NCBI GenBank assembly: GCA_963732425.1
Contig: CAVSZN010000017.1
Location: 18,974-82,973 of the forward strand
DNA: 64,000 nt
DNA from: an uncultured Alphaproteobacteria bacterium
Lineage (GTDB): Bacteria > Pseudomonadota > Alphaproteobacteria > Acetobacterales > Acetobacteraceae
Reading direction: 5' to 3'
This document shows positions 23,246 through 35,923 of the stretch, in pieces. Every line of letters starts with the position of its first letter. Positions within the stretch are counted from its first letter, which is position 1. Position numbers and translations under genes: made by a program. Under the pieces are notes generated by a model. The model was not told where the DNA came from. It did no database searches and worked only from the letters and a program-made list of their open reading frames with translations.

Positions 23246-24654
23246 TCAGACCGCCGCCATGCCTTCGCGGCGCAGGTCGACCGACAGCGCATCGAGCGCC
23301 TGGCCGACGCGGTCCAGCATCTCGGTCACCTCATCCTTGGTGATCACCAGCGGCGGCGAGAAGCCCATGCTGTCATTGGTCATGGCGCGCAGGATCACGC
23401 CCTGCTCCTCGCCATGCTTGCACCAGGCGCGGGCCGGCCTTCCTCGCCGGGTCGAAGTTCGGCTTGCGCGCCGCCTTGTCCGCGACCAGTTCGATCGCGC
23501 CGATCAGCCCGACGCCGCGGACCTCGCCCACCAGCGGATGGTCGGCGAAGCGGCGGCGCAGTTCCGCCTGCATGTGCGCGCCGACCTCGGCCGCATGGGC
23601 GACGATGTTGGTCTCGTCGTAGATCTTCAGCGTCTCGATCGCGACGGCGGCGGCGACCGGATGGCCGGAATAGGTGAAGCCGTGGCCCCAGGTGCCGACG
23701 GCGGAGGAGCCTTCGGCGATGCCCTGGAAGACGGCCTCGTTCACCATCACGGCCGAGATCGGCAGGTAGGAGGACGACAGCGCCTTGGCGCAGACCAGGA
23801 TGTCCGGCTCGATGTTGAAGGTCTGGCTGCCCCAGTAGTTGCCGGTGCGCCCGAAGCCGCAGATCACCTCATCGGCGACGAAGAGCATGTCGTACTTCTT
23901 CAGCACGGCCTGGATCTTCTCGAAATAGGTCGCCGGCGGGACGATGACGCCGCCCGCGCCCATCACCGGCTCGGCCCAGAAGGCCGCGCATTCCTCGGCG
24001 CCGCCTTCCTCGATGATCCGCGCTTCCAGCTCCTCGGCGAGGCGCGTCGCGAAGGCTTCCTCGGTCTCGCCGGGCTCGGCCTCATGGTAGTGGTGCGGCG
24101 TGCCGACATGGATGAAGCGGCCATTGGCGATCGGCGCGTCGAACAGCTTGTGGTTCGCCGGCAGGCCGGTCAGCGAGGCGGCGGCGAGCGTGATGCCGTG
24201 ATAGCGCCTTCAGCCGCGCGAAGACCTTCTTCTTCTTCGGCCGGCCCAGCGCATTGTTCATGTACCAGACCATCTTCAGCGCCGAGTCGTTCGCCTCGGA
24301 GCCGGAATTGGCGAAGAACACCTTGCTCATCGGCGCGGGCGCGCGCTCGATCAGCATCTCGGCCAGGTCGATCATCGGCTCGTGCGACTTCGCCGTGAAG
24401 GAATGATAGAAGGGCAGCTTGCGCATCTGGTTGGCCGCGGCCTGCACCAGGCGCTCATTGTCGAAGCCGAGCGAGGCGCACCACAGCCCGGCCAGCGCCT
24501 CGATGTATTCCTTGCCCTGCTCGTCGTAGATGCGCACGCCCTTGCCGCGGGTGATCACCAGCGGCCCGTTCTGCAGATGCGCCTTGGCGTCGGTGTAGGG
24601 GTGCAGCACGTTCGCGATGTCGCGAGCGGCGTTGGAATTGCGCGGCGGTGTCAT
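23246..24654 (-). CDS. class III (omega-amino acid) aminotransferase (frameshifted)
   Basis: LHPYT, LAGLWCASLG, FFANSGSEAND, EPVMGAGGV, ADEVICGFGRTG, AKALSSSY, HGFTYSGHP, FSPPLVI. Confidence 0.93.
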
Positions 24655-24777
24655 GTCTGTCTGAGCCTTCCTCGGCGAGCGAGGCGGGCACTTTAGGCTC
24701 GGATGCCCTGCCACCCAAGGGGCGCGGTTGCGAGCGCAGCCATGCCCGCGCCACCTTTCGGCGCGAAGGAGCCTCCC

Positions 24778-27114
24778 ATGACCCTCGATATGCCGGCGAG
24801 ACCACCGCCAAGCCGCATGCCGCCCATTGGGGCACCTACGACGCCTGGTGCGCGATGGCCGCGTGGTCGGCGTGCGGCCCTTCGAACGCGACCCCTTCCC
24901 CGGCAGCCTGATCGAGAGCGTGCCCGACATCGTTCACGCCGCCTGCCGCGTGGACCGGCCCCATGTCCGCAAGGGCTGGCTGGAAGGCCGGCGGCGCGGC
25001 GCGCTGCGCGGCGGCGACCCCTTCGTGCCCGTCTCCTGGGACCGCGCGGTGCGGCTGGTGGCGGAGGAGACGCGCCGCGTCCGTGCCGAGCACGGCCCGA
25101 CCAGCATCTTCGGCGGCTCCTATGGCTGGTCCTCGGCCGGGCGCTTCCACCATGCGCGCAGCCAGTTGCAGCGCTTCCTCGGCCTCGGCGGCGGCTATAC
25201 CGGGCAGGTCAACGCCTATTCCTACGCCGCGGCGCAGGCGCTGCTGCCGCATATCCTCGGCACCAATGAAGTGCTGCTCGGCCGCACCACGGATTGGGCG
25301 GCGATCACCCGCCACGCCAAGGTGATGCTCTGCCTCGGCGGCCTGCCGCTGCGCAACGGCCTGGTCACCTCCGGTGCCGCCGGCAGGCATTCGAACGAGA
25401 TCAACCTGCGTGCCGCCGCCGCCGCCGGGCTGCGCTTCATCCAGGTCTCGCCCAACCGCGCCGATGTGCCGGACTGGTGCAACGCCGAATGGATCCCGAT
25501 CCGCCCGGGCACCGACACCGCGCTGCTGCTGGCGATGGCGCACGTCATCGTGACGGCGGGGCGCGAGGATCGCGACTTCCTCGCCACGCATTGCGTCGGC
25601 TGGGACCGGCTGCGCGCCTATGTCATGGGCGAAGCCGACGGCACGCCGAAGACGCCCGAATGGGCCGAGCCGATCACCACCATCCCCGCCGCGACGATCC
25701 GCCGCATCGCCACGGACCTCGCCGACCAGCCGGCGATGCTGACCGCCACCTGGTCGCTGCAGCGCGCCGACTATGGCGAGCAGCCCTATTGGATGCTGGC
25801 GGCGCTCGCCGCCATGCTCGGCAAGATCGGCAAGCCCGGCGAGGGCGTCGCCTACGGCTATGGCAGCGTCAACGGCATGGGCGAGCCGCGGCAGGAGGTG
25901 CCGTCCTTCTCCATGCCTGCCACGCGCAACCCGACCGGCGCCTTCATCCCGGTCGCGCGCATCACCGACATGCTGGAGAACCCCGGCGGCACCTACGACT
26001 TCAACGGCCGCGAGCAGACGCTATCCCGACACGCGCATCATCTGGTGGGCCGGCGGCAATCCGTTCCATCACCACCAGGACCTCAACCGCATGCTGCGCG
26101 CCTGGGCGCAGGCCGAGACCATCATCGTCCAGGAACAGCACTGGACCGCCGCCGCGCGCCACGCCGACATCATCCTGCCGGCGACCACCACGCTGGAACG
26201 CAACGACATCGCCTCCAGCGGCCGCGACCGCTTCGTGCGCGCCATGCACCAGGCCATCGCCCCGGTCGGCCAGGCCCGCAACGACCACGACATCCTCGCC
26301 GACATCGCCGAGGAACTCGGCTACCGCGACCGCTTCACCGAACAGCGCAACGAGGATGCCTGGCTGCGCCACCTGTTCGAGCAGTGGCGCCAGAACTGCG
26401 CGCGCCTGGGCTTCGACACGCCCGACTTCGACGCCTTCTGGGCCAAGGGCTGGTGGGAAGCCGAACCGCCGAAGCGCGGCGAGGAATACACGCAATTCGC
26501 CGATTTCCGCGCCGACCCGGAGGAGCACCCGCTCGACACCGCCACCGGCAAGGTCGAACTGTTCAGCGAGACCATCGCCTCCTTCGGCTATGACGACGCG
26601 CCGGGCCATCCGGTGTGGATCGAACCGCGCGAATGGCTCGGCGCCGAGCAGGCGCAGCGCTTCCCGCTGCACCTGCTGTCCTTCCAGCCGGCGACGCGGC
26701 TGCATGGCCAGCTCGACCCGGGCCGCGTCGCCGCGGCGGACAAGATCGAGGGCCGCGAGCCCATCACGCTGAACCCGCAGGACGCCGCCGAGCGCGGCCT
26801 CGTGCCCGGCGACATCGTGCGCGTGTTCAACGACCGCGGCGCCTGCCTCGGCGGCCTGCGCACCGATGCCGGGCTGATGCGCGGCGTGGCGATGATGGCG
26901 ACCGGCGCCTGGTTCGACCCGCTGGAACCCGGCGTGCCCGGCAGCCTGTGCGTCCACGGCAACCCGAATGTGCTGACGCCCGATATCGGCACCTCGCGCC
27001 TCGGCCAGGGGCCCTCGGCGCAATCCTGCCTGGTGCAGGTCGAGAAATGGACCGCAGCCGCTGCCGCCGGTGCGTGCCCACATCCCGCCGCCGATCGAGG
27101 AGCCCGCCGCATGA
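24778..27114 (+). CDS. molybdopterin oxidoreductase, BisC/TorZ (biotin sulfoxide reductase)-like, no signal peptide (frameshifted)
   Basis: AAHWG, PHVRKGWL, SYGWSSAGRFHHA, YSYAAAQ, WAGGNPFHHHQD, ADIILPATTTLERND, RLHGQLD, GAWFDP, HGNPNVLT. Confidence 0.9.
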
Positions 27115-28557
27115 TCGCGCCGCCGCGCCCTGCTCGCCGCGCCGCTGCTGCTCGCCGCCCCGGCGCTGCGCGCGCAATCGCTGATCATCCGCCAGGATGA
27201 TTTCGTCGCGCCCGGCCTCCGGCGCGGCGCGCTGATCCGCTGGGGCGACCGCGTCGCCTTCGACGCGCCGCCCTGGACCCCGGCGCAGCCGACCGCCGAG
27301 GCCGCCGCCGCCCAGTTCGGCTGGGATGCCCGCATCCTCGCGCTGATCCCGGCGCAGGCCGCCGAGGATGGCGTGCCGCGCGCCGTGCTGGTGGTGGCGC
27401 ACCCGACCGTCGATGCCGCCATGGCCTTCCCCGGCGGGCGCGACCGGCCCGATGTCGCCGGCGCGATGCAGGGTGTCAGCCTGCTCAACATCGCCCGCCG
27501 CGGCGACGCCTGGATCGTCGTCGATGGCGGCTTCCAGAACCGTCGCCTGACCGCGCGCACCCTGTGCCGGCTTGGCGCGGATGGCGGCCCGTCCGTCGGC
27601 ATCATCGGCGTGACCGGCGGCTGCGCGACCCCCTGGGGCAGCGTGCTGCTGGCCGAGGGCGGGGCGGCCGCCTGGGCCGGCCGGCTGCCCGGCATCGATG
27701 CCGCTGCGAACGGCATGCTGGCCGAACTCGATCCGGCCGACCCGCTCGCCGTGCCGGTGAAGCACGCCGCGCCGGGGCGGTTCGGCGCGGTGGACGCCGC
27801 CGCCGGCCTCGCCGCCGATGGGCGCGCCGTGGTGTGGATGGTCGATGGCCGGGCTGGCGGCTTCCTCTACCGGTTCCTGTCGGATGAAGTGGCCGGGGTG
27901 CGCGCCCTGGATGCCGGCCGCCTGGCCGCGGCGCGGATCGAGGGTGGTTCGCTGCGCTGGCTGCCGCTGCAGGCGGGCGACCCGTTGGCCGCCGCGCGGA
28001 ATGCCGGCGCGACCCCGCTCGACGAACCCCGCGCCGTCGCCTTCGACGCTGCGAGCGCAGGCGGCTGTTTGTCGCGATGCGCGGCGGGCCGGGGCAGGTC
28101 ATCGAGATCCGCGCCGCGGCCGGTGACCTCGCCGCCGAGACCGGCATCGCCGAGGTCGTCCTCGAAGGGCGTGAGGCCCCGCCGCAGCCGGTGCGCCGCG
28201 GCGAGGCACCGGCGGCCGTGCCGGCCTGGCCCTGGGCGCCGGCCTCGCTCGGCTTCGACCGCGACGGCGCGCTGCTGGTCGGCACCGATCGTGGCGCGCG
28301 GCCCGGCGCGCTGCCCGAGGCGCTGTATCGCGTGCCGGTGAGCGGCGCGCGAGCGCGGGCAGCCGTCGCTGCTGCTGGCGACGCCGGTCGGCGCGGCGGC
28401 GGCGGGCGCGGCGGTCGCGGCGGATGGCACCGTGCTCGCCGCGGTCGCGCATCCCGGCGCGGCGCCGGGCGCGACCTGGGCTGCGCCGGCGACGCGCTGG
28501 CCGAACATGCGGGCGGACGAACCGCCGCGCAGCATGGTGGTGACGCTGGCGCGCTGA
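27111..28557 (+). CDS. degenerate PhoX (DUF839)-like secreted protein lacking metal ligands (frameshifted)
   Basis: LIRWGD, AQFGWD, TPWGSVL, PVKHAAPGRF, GFLYRF, AGATPLDEP, AHPG...TRWP are colinear with the adjacent PhoX. Confidence 0.75.
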
Positions 28558-28606
28558 AGGATCGGCTTGGTGGCCGGTGCGCGTTTCAATCGACATGCGA
28601 CCGGCC

Positions 28607-28624
28607 CTGCAACATATTCTTCAC
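28607..28624 (+). promoter_or_regulatory. possible Pho box upstream of phoX
   Basis: ctgcaac-atat-tcttcac, a loose 7-4-7 match to CTGTCAT-N4-CTGTCAY. Confidence 0.3.
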
Positions 28625-28706
28625 GAGCCGGCCGGTTCCCCGCCATGCGCTGCGCGGCCAATGTCCGGCCGTCGCCGGCACCACCGCCGGCACCCGCCCC
28701 AGATCG

Positions 28707-30695
28707 ATGGACGCCATGACCGAAGCCGACCTCCAGCCGACGCCCGAGGACGAGAAGATCGACGTCTTCGAGGATTACGGCATCTCCAATCCGGATCCGC
28801 GCCATTCGATCGGTGAGCTGATCGAGGCGCGCTACGGACGCCGCGCACTCTTCGGCGCCGGTGTCGCCGCCACGGCGCTCGCCATGCTGCCGCAGGATGC
28901 GGCGGCGCAGGGCGTGCCGCTGACCGGCGGGCCCTCGACCCTCGGCTTCCAGGAACTGCGTCATCAGCTCTCGCAGGGCGATTCCGTCGCCGAGGGCTAT
29001 GAGGCGCAGACGGTGATCCGCTGGGGCGACCCCATCCTCGCTGATGGCCCCGACTTCCAGGCCGGGCGCTCGACGCCGGACAGCCAGGCGAAGCAGTTCG
29101 GCTACAACAACGATTACCTCGACTTCTTCCCGCTGCCGCAGGGGTCGAACGCCGCCGATCACGGGCTGCTCGCGGTCAACCACGAATACACCAACACCAA
29201 CCTGATGTGGCCGGGCCTGGGCGCGGGCCGCGTCCGCCGCGCTGCGCGCCAGCGCCGAGCAGGCGCAGACGGAGGTGCTCGCGCACGGCATGTCGATCGT
29301 CGAGATCCGCAAGGTCGACGGGCGCTGGGCCTATGTGAAGGAAAGCCGCTTCAACCGCCGCGTCACCGGGCAGACGCCGATGCGCGTCTCCGGTCCCGCG
29401 GCCGGACATGAGGCGATGAAGACCAAGGACGACCCGACCGGGGTGCGCGTGCTCGGCACGCTGAACAACTGCGCCGGCGGCAATACGCCCTGGGGCACGG
29501 TCATCACCTGTGAGGAGAACTTCAACTACTATTTCGGCGGCGCCGATGCGGCGAACCCGCAGAACCCGCACCATGCCGACTGGCGGCGCTACGGCCTCAC
29601 GCAGCCGCCGCTGTTCTCCTGGCCGCAGCACATGGAACGCTTCGATCTCGGCAAGGAGCCGAACGAGGCGAACCGCTTCGGCTGGGTGGTCGAATACGAC
29701 CCCTACGATCCGCAGAGCGTGCCGGTGAAGCGCACCGCGCTCGGCCGCTTCAAGCACGAAGGCTGCACCCACGCCGTCAACAAGGACGGCCGCGTCGTCT
29801 TCTACATGGGCGATGATGAGCGCTTCGAATTCATCTACCGCTTCGTCACCGCCCGGCCCTTCGATCGCGAACAACCGCGCCGCCAATCGCGACCTGATGG
29901 ACGACGGCACGCTGTCGGTCGCGAAGCTGTCCGACGACGGCAAGGTCGAATGGCTGGACCTGGTGCATGGCCAGGGGCCGCTGACCGAGGCGAACGGCTT
30001 CCGCAGCCAGGCCGATGTGGTGATCCTCGCCCGCCAGGCGGCGACCCTGCTGGGTGCGACGCCGATGGACCGCCCCGAGGATGTCGAGGCCAACAAGGCG
30101 ACCGGCCGCGTCTACGCCATGCTGACCAACAATGTGCGGCGCACGGCCAACCAGGTGAATGCGGCCAATCCGCGCCCACGCAACGTGCATGGCCATGTGG
30201 TCGAGTTCATCCCGCCCGGCGCCGGCACAGCCGAAGTCGACCACGCGGCCAGGGAGATGCGCTGGGCGCTGTTCCTGATGGCCGGCAAGCCCGGCATCGA
30301 TCCCGGCGCGCAGTATCACCGCGCCACCGAGCATGGCTGGCTGTCCTGCCCGGACAATTGCGCCTTCGACAGCAAGGGCCGCATCTGGATCGCGACCGAC
30401 GGCGCACCGACGGCGGCCGGCGTCGCCGATGGTCTCTACGCCGCCGATACGCGCGGCCCCGGCCGGGCGCTGACCAGGCTGTTCTACCAGGCGCCGACCG
30501 GGGCGGAGATCTGCGGTCCGCTGTTCACGCCCGACGAGCGGCACGGTGTTCCTCGCCATCCAGCATCCGGGCGAGGATGGCGGGTCGTCCTTCGACCGGC
30601 CCTCGACGCGCTGGCCCGACTTCGCCGATGGCGTGCCGCCGCGCCCGTCGGTCATCGCCATCGTCAAGAAGGATGGCGGCGTCATCGGGGACTGA
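28707..30695 (+). CDS. phoX: PhoX family alkaline phosphatase, Tat-exported (frameshifted)
   Basis: RRALFG Tat motif; [62 protein letters not shown]. Confidence 0.93.
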
Positions 30696-31040
30696 CGCAG
30701 GGGGCCGGATGGTTCGACGGTTGGCCATCCGGCCTGTCGATGCAATTGGACGCCGGGCGCCAACCTCCGACTTGCCTGGCGTTCGCCCGACCTTCCGGTG
30801 GGCCGCAGTCGCGGCCTCGGCATGCGTCAAACACGCGTGCCGCCGGCATGGGCGCCGCAGCCGCGCCCGGGCCGCCGGAAGGGCGCGCGACTGCGCTCGC
30901 CGCGCGGGCGGATCCCGATCAGGTGGGATGACCTGATCGGGTGACGATGCTCGCCAGGACCACGAGATGGAGACGGCGCCCTGCGCCGGCGCGAACGGAA
31001 GCGGCGCCAAACTGCAATGTCCGGGGCGGGCGGAACGGCA

Positions 31041-31062
31041 AAGGGGGCCTTGCGGCCCCCTT
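31041..31062 (-). terminator. intrinsic terminator hairpin
   Basis: Minus strand reads aagggggcc-GCAA-ggccccctt followed by a further T, just downstream of the 31088-31372 gene. Confidence 0.65.
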
Positions 31063-31087
31063 CTTCATGTGGCGGCGGTGGCGCCGG

Positions 31088-31372
31088 TCACTGCGTGGCG
31101 GTGGCGCCACGCGAGCGGCGGCGCTGATTGGTGGTCGCCGAGGCGTGCTGCGTGCCGCGGCGCTGGCGCGACGCGTTGGCGGAGCCACGGTTGCGGCGCT
31201 GGCGATTCGCCTCGTTGCGGCGCGACTGGCGGGTGGAGGAGGCGCGCGGCGCCTCGGCGCCGGCGGCCGCCTCGGTGCCGGTCGTGCGCGCGCGGCTGCG
31301 CGCCGCATCCGCGGGGCTGAGGGTGCCGAGGGCGAGGAACAGGCCGGCGGCGATGAGGAAGGCACGGAACAT
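31088..31372 (-). CDS. small secreted Arg-rich low-complexity protein
   Basis: Signal peptide MFRAFLIAAGLFLALGTLSPADA, a basic tail, an AAGGA RBS and its own terminator. Confidence 0.7.
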   Translation of the reverse strand: MFRAFLIAAGLFLALGTLSPADAARSRARTTGTEAAAGAEAPRASSTRQSRRNEANRQRRNRGSANASRQRRGTQHASATTNQRRRSRGATATQ

Positions 31373-31570
31373 GGCACGGGAATCCTTAAACTCGGCCGTT
31401 GAGACCTGACGAAACGGTCGGTACGGCCGGGGGGATCCGATACCTCAGGGCAGGACATACCCTTTCTCTGATGTCTCAGAAATATCCGATAAATGACTGA
31501 TATGACATGTTTGGCCCTGCGCAGGAGGGGTGGCGGCGTTTGTTGCGCCGCAACCCAACCGGCGCCGGCT

Positions 31571-31963
31571 TCATGACCGCAGGGCAATCCGCGCCAGGCG
31601 CACCGCTTTCAGCGCCTTGCCGGGATGGCCGGCGGCCAGTTCGCTTGCCGCGGTGCGCAGATGGGCGGCGAGCCATTCGACATGCTTGGGCGGGTTCGCG
31701 CCGCGCATGCCATCGAGGGCCAGCCGCGTCCCGACGACGCCGAGCGCCGTGCCCGCGGCCTGGCTGCGGCTTTCGCGCAGGTCTTCCTCGACTTCGGCCA
31801 GCAGGTGATCGAGCACGCCGGCGCTGCCGGCCAGCGTCTGCGGCAGGCTGGCCTCGGGGTCGGCAAGTGCCGCGTCGCCCGACGGAAACTGCCGTTCGGC
31901 GGCCGGCAGGCTGATATGCGAGAGCAGATCCAGCATTGACTTCGCAAGAGGTGTGTTCGGCAT
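31571..31963 (-). CDS. hypothetical helical protein
   Basis: MPNTPLAKSMLDLLSHI...; GGGAGAG RBS upstream. Confidence 0.55.
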   Translation of the reverse strand: MPNTPLAKSMLDLLSHISLPAAERQFPSGDAALADPEASLPQTLAGSAGVLDHLLAEVEEDLRESRSQAAGTALGVVGTRLALDGMRGANPPKHVEWLAAHLRTAASELAAGHPGKALKAVRLARIALRS

Positions 31964-32095
31964 GGTCCTGCTCTCCCTGGCAGCAGTGGTTTCGGCGGTC
32001 GCTGACGGCCATGTCGGGCAGCCTGCCGGGGCTGGCAAGATGCCGCCTTGATCCGGAACAAGCCGACCGCGCCAACCGCAGAGACGGGCTTGATA

Positions 32096-32921
32096 TTATC
32101 GCCTGCGAAGCCCGTCGGCGACCAGGGTGCAGCCGGCGACGGTCGCCATGATGGCAAGGCCGGGCCAGACGGCGGCCCAGGGCGCGCTGAACACCAGTTC
32201 CTGCGCATTGGCCAGCATGTTGCCCCACGACGGCGCCGGCGGGCTGATGCCCAGGCCAAGGAAGGACAGCGTCGATTCGGCGAGGATCGCGCCGCCGACG
32301 GCCAGCGCGGTGGCGACCGCGACCGGCGGCAGCAGCGCCGGCAGGACGTGGCGGCGCAGGATGCGCGATTCGCTCGCCCCCAGCGCGCGTGCGGCGCGGA
32401 TGTGGTCGCGCGACAAGGTGGCCAGCGCCGCCGCGCGCGCCAGCCGCGCCACGCCCACCCAGCCGAAGATGGCCAGGATGGCGACGATGCGCAGCACGTC
32501 GCCGGCAGCCTCCCCGCGCGCCGGCAGGCCGATGCGCGACGGGTCGGCCGCGGCGAGCAGCACCAGCAGCGGCAGCGCCGGCAAGGCGAGCATGAAATCC
32601 GCCAGCCGCATGATCAGCGCATCGGCGATGCCCCCGCGCCAGGCCGCGAGGAGGCCCGCCGCCGTGCCGATCATCGCCGCGGCGAGTGCTGCCGCCAGGC
32701 CGACCGCGAGCGAGACCCGCGCGCCATAGAGCAGCCGCAGCAGGATGTCGCGGCCGAGGTCGTCCGTGCCGAGCGGATGCGCGGCCGAGGGCGGTTCGAA
32801 GCGCGCGAAGAGGTCCGGCGCGAAGGGATCGAGATCCAGCAGCCTCTGCAACGAGCGGCGCGGCGAGGGCGGCGAGGCACAGCGCGCCGAGCAGCGCGAG
32901 GCCGAGGCGCAGCCGCGTCAT
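32096..32921 (-). CDS. peptide/nickel ABC transporter permease, DppC-like (frameshifted)
   Basis: HPLGTDDLGRDILLRLLYGARVSL, AARALGAS, LSFLGLGI...PSWG. Confidence 0.92.
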
Positions 32922-33855
32922 CGCTTCGCGCAGCCGGGGGTCGAGCGCGCGTTGCGCGAGGTCTGCCGCCGAGCGTCGCGAACATCGTCACCGCCGCCAC
33001 CAGCAGCAGCGCGACCAGGGCCAGGTTGGTGTCGTTGCCCATCACCGCGTCGTACAGCAGCTTGCCCATGCCGGGGCGGGCAAACACGGTTTCCGTCACC
33101 AGCGCGCCACCGGCCAGGGCGCCGGCATCGAGTGCGGCGATCTGCAGCACCGGCAGCGCGGCATTGGGGAAGGCGTGGCGCAACAGCACGCGGGGCTCCG
33201 ACGCGCCGCGCGCGCGGGCGGTGCGGATCCAGGGCTCGGTGAGCGTGGCTTCGAGGCTCGCCGCCGAGTGGCGCGCATAGGCGGCGAGATGCGCGATGGC
33301 GAGCGTCGCCACCGGCAGCACCAGGTAGTCCAGGCCTAGCCCGCCCTCCGCGCGCGCCGCCGGCCGGCAGCCAGCCCAGCGTCACCGCGAAGGCGATGAT
33401 CAGCAGGATGCCGAGCCAGAAGGTCGGCATGGCCTGGCCCATGACGGCGATGGCATCCACCAGCGGCGCGGCGCGCGGCCGTGACGCCGCCAGCGCGCCG
33501 AGCGCCACGCCCGCGACCAGCGCGATGGCCAATGCGGTGCCGGCGAGTGCGAGGGTGGACAGCAGCGCGGGGCCGAGCAGGGCCGCGACCGGCTGCGCGA
33601 ACAGGCGCGAATAGCCGAATTCCCCACGCAGCAGGCCGGCGGCCCAGGCGAGGTAGCGCTCGGTGAAGGGGCGGTCGAGACCGTGCAGGGCGCGCATGCG
33701 CGCGGCGTCCTCGGCAGGTCAGGCGCGGGTCGCCGGCGATGGCGACCTCGATCGGGTCGCCCGGGCATCAGGGCGATGAGGGCGAAGGCGCAGAAGGAGA
33801 GGATGGCGAGGGTGACGGCGATCTGCGCGAGGCGGGTGGCGAGGATGCGGGTCAT
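32918..33855 (-). CDS. peptide/nickel ABC transporter permease, DppB-like (frameshifted)
   Basis: GLDRPF.ERY, GEFGYS, MPTFWLG, RTARARG, HAFPNA, ETVFARPGMG. Confidence 0.9.
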
Positions 33856-33877
33856 GGCGGCGCAGGCCCGGCGCACC

Positions 33878-34273
33878 TCATGGCGCGCGCTGGCACACGG
33901 CCTCCACGCGATTGCCATCGGGATCGAGCAGGATAGGCCGCGTAGTAGTGCGGGTGGTAATGCGCCCGCAGCCCCGGCGCCCCGTCATCCACGCCACCAT
34001 GCGGCGACACCCGCCGCATGGAACGCATCCACCGCTGCGCGGTCCGGCGCACGGAAGCACCAGTGGCGGCGATCGGCGAGGATCGGCCGCGCCGACGGCG
34101 CGGATGCGTCAGGTAGGTATGCCCGTCATCGTCGGCGCGGTTGCGCATGCCGTAGCCGATCGCGTCGTCTTCGACCGGTTCACGCATGGCACGCGCAGCG
34201 CCGCCATCACCGCATCGTAGAACCGCGCCGCGCGCGGCAGGTCGCTCACCGTGATGGAGACGTGGTCGAGCAT
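33878..34273 (-). CDS. VOC/glyoxalase family protein (frameshifted)
   Basis: [43 protein letters not shown]. Confidence 0.85.
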
Positions 34274-35923
34274 CACCGCACCCGCCATTCCTCCGCCCAG
34301 AGCGGCGAGGCATTCAGATGCCCCGTCGGCCGCACGCCATCGAGCCATGGCGGCCAGACATGCGCATCGGCGCGGAACCACAGCGGGATGGCGGGCAAAT
34401 CCTCCGCATAGATCGCCTGCAATCGCCGCCACATCTCGCGTCGCTGCGACACGTCGAGTTGCTCGGGGATGGTCTGCGTCAGCACGTCCATCTCCGCGTT
34501 GCGATAGCCGCCGAAATTCTGGCCGGACCAGTTGGTCGCCTCGCGCGGGATCTCGTCCGAGTTCAGCGCCGATCGCGGCACCGATTCCGGCGCGGAGATC
34601 CAGGCGAACAGCGCGAGGCCCTGGAAGCGGCGGCGCGACAGTGTTTCGGCGAAGAACACGCGCGGCGGTTCGTTGCGGATGCGCGCCTCGATGCCGGCCT
34701 GCCGCCACATGCCCTGCAACACCTGCTGCACGGCTTCGCGGGATCGGTTGCCGGCGGTGGTCATGAATTCCAGCGACAGGCGCTCGCCGGCGGCATTGCG
34801 GCGGATGCCGTCGGGGCCGGGCGTCCAGCCGGCCTCATCCAGCAGCGCGCGGGCGCGGGCGGGGTCGAAGGGCCATTGGCGCACCTGAGCGTCATGCATC
34901 GGGTCGAGCGGGTTGACCGAGGAATGCGCGACAGGCTGGCGACCGGCGAACAGACGCTCAGTGATCGTCGCCCGGTCGGTCGCCATCAGCAGCGCCTGGC
35001 GCACGCGCCGGTCGGCCAGCGGCGGTTGGTCGAGCCGCACGTCCAGATGCTCGTAGATCAGCCCCGGCTGGTAGAGGAAGCGGAAGCGCGTGCCGGTGCG
35101 GCGTTCCAGCGCGATCGCCTGTTCGATCGGCAGGCCGAGTTCGCCGGCGATCATGTCCACCTGGCCCGCCAGCAACTGCGCTTCGAGCGCCGGCGTGTTC
35201 TCGACGGTGCGGATGGTGATGCGGCGGAAGGCGGGCGCGGCGCCGTTCCAGGCGTCGTTGCGGTCGAGCGTCACGGATGCGCCGGGCTGCACCGCGGTGA
35301 TGCGCCACGGCCCGTTCCACAGGGCGGGATTGGTCGTCTCGGTGTCGTAGGCGGTGCGGGTGCGATAGGTCGCGCGGGTCGGCCTGCCAGCGGGCGCGCT
35401 CGACATGCGCGGGCAGCGGCTGGAAGTCGCCCATCGAGGCGTATTCGAAGGTGACGCGGTCGAAGCGCAGCGTGACGGTGCGCGGGTCGACGACGATGAG
35501 CTCGTAGGCACTGCGGTAGAATTCGGCCGGGCCGAAGCCGGTGGCGGCATCGCGCCCGGCCTCCCAGGCGAAGCGGAGATCCTCGGAGGAAACCGGCGTG
35601 CCGTCGCCCCAGCGCAGCCCCTCGCGCAGGCGGTAGGTGACGCGGATGCCGGGCTTGCCGTCGGGCGTCGTCTCGCGCTCGGCGAGGCCGTTCTCAAGGC
35701 TCGGCAGCGTCTCGCAGGTCAGGCAGGTGAGCCGCCAATCGGCGCCATAGGCGGTGAGGGGACGGCGCGCGAAGCCCAGCACGTAGGACTTCGCGGCCAT
35801 GTTCTCGATGTTCGGATGGAACGTCGAAGGATACTGCGTGATGCCGATGGTCAGCGTGTCGCGCGGCTGGGCGGCGGCGGGCAGAGCCGCCGCCAGCAAC
35901 AGCGCGGCGACGCCCAGCCTCAC
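34273..35923 (-). CDS. peptide ABC transporter substrate-binding protein, family 5 (frameshifted)
   Basis: Signal peptide, [49 protein letters not shown]. Confidence 0.92.

Noticed and set aside
21795-24398. Long antisense ORFs (also 42305-44860, 44616-46232, 26001-27716)
   Set aside because: Shadow frames of well-supported opposite-strand genes, with no recognisable protein motifs.
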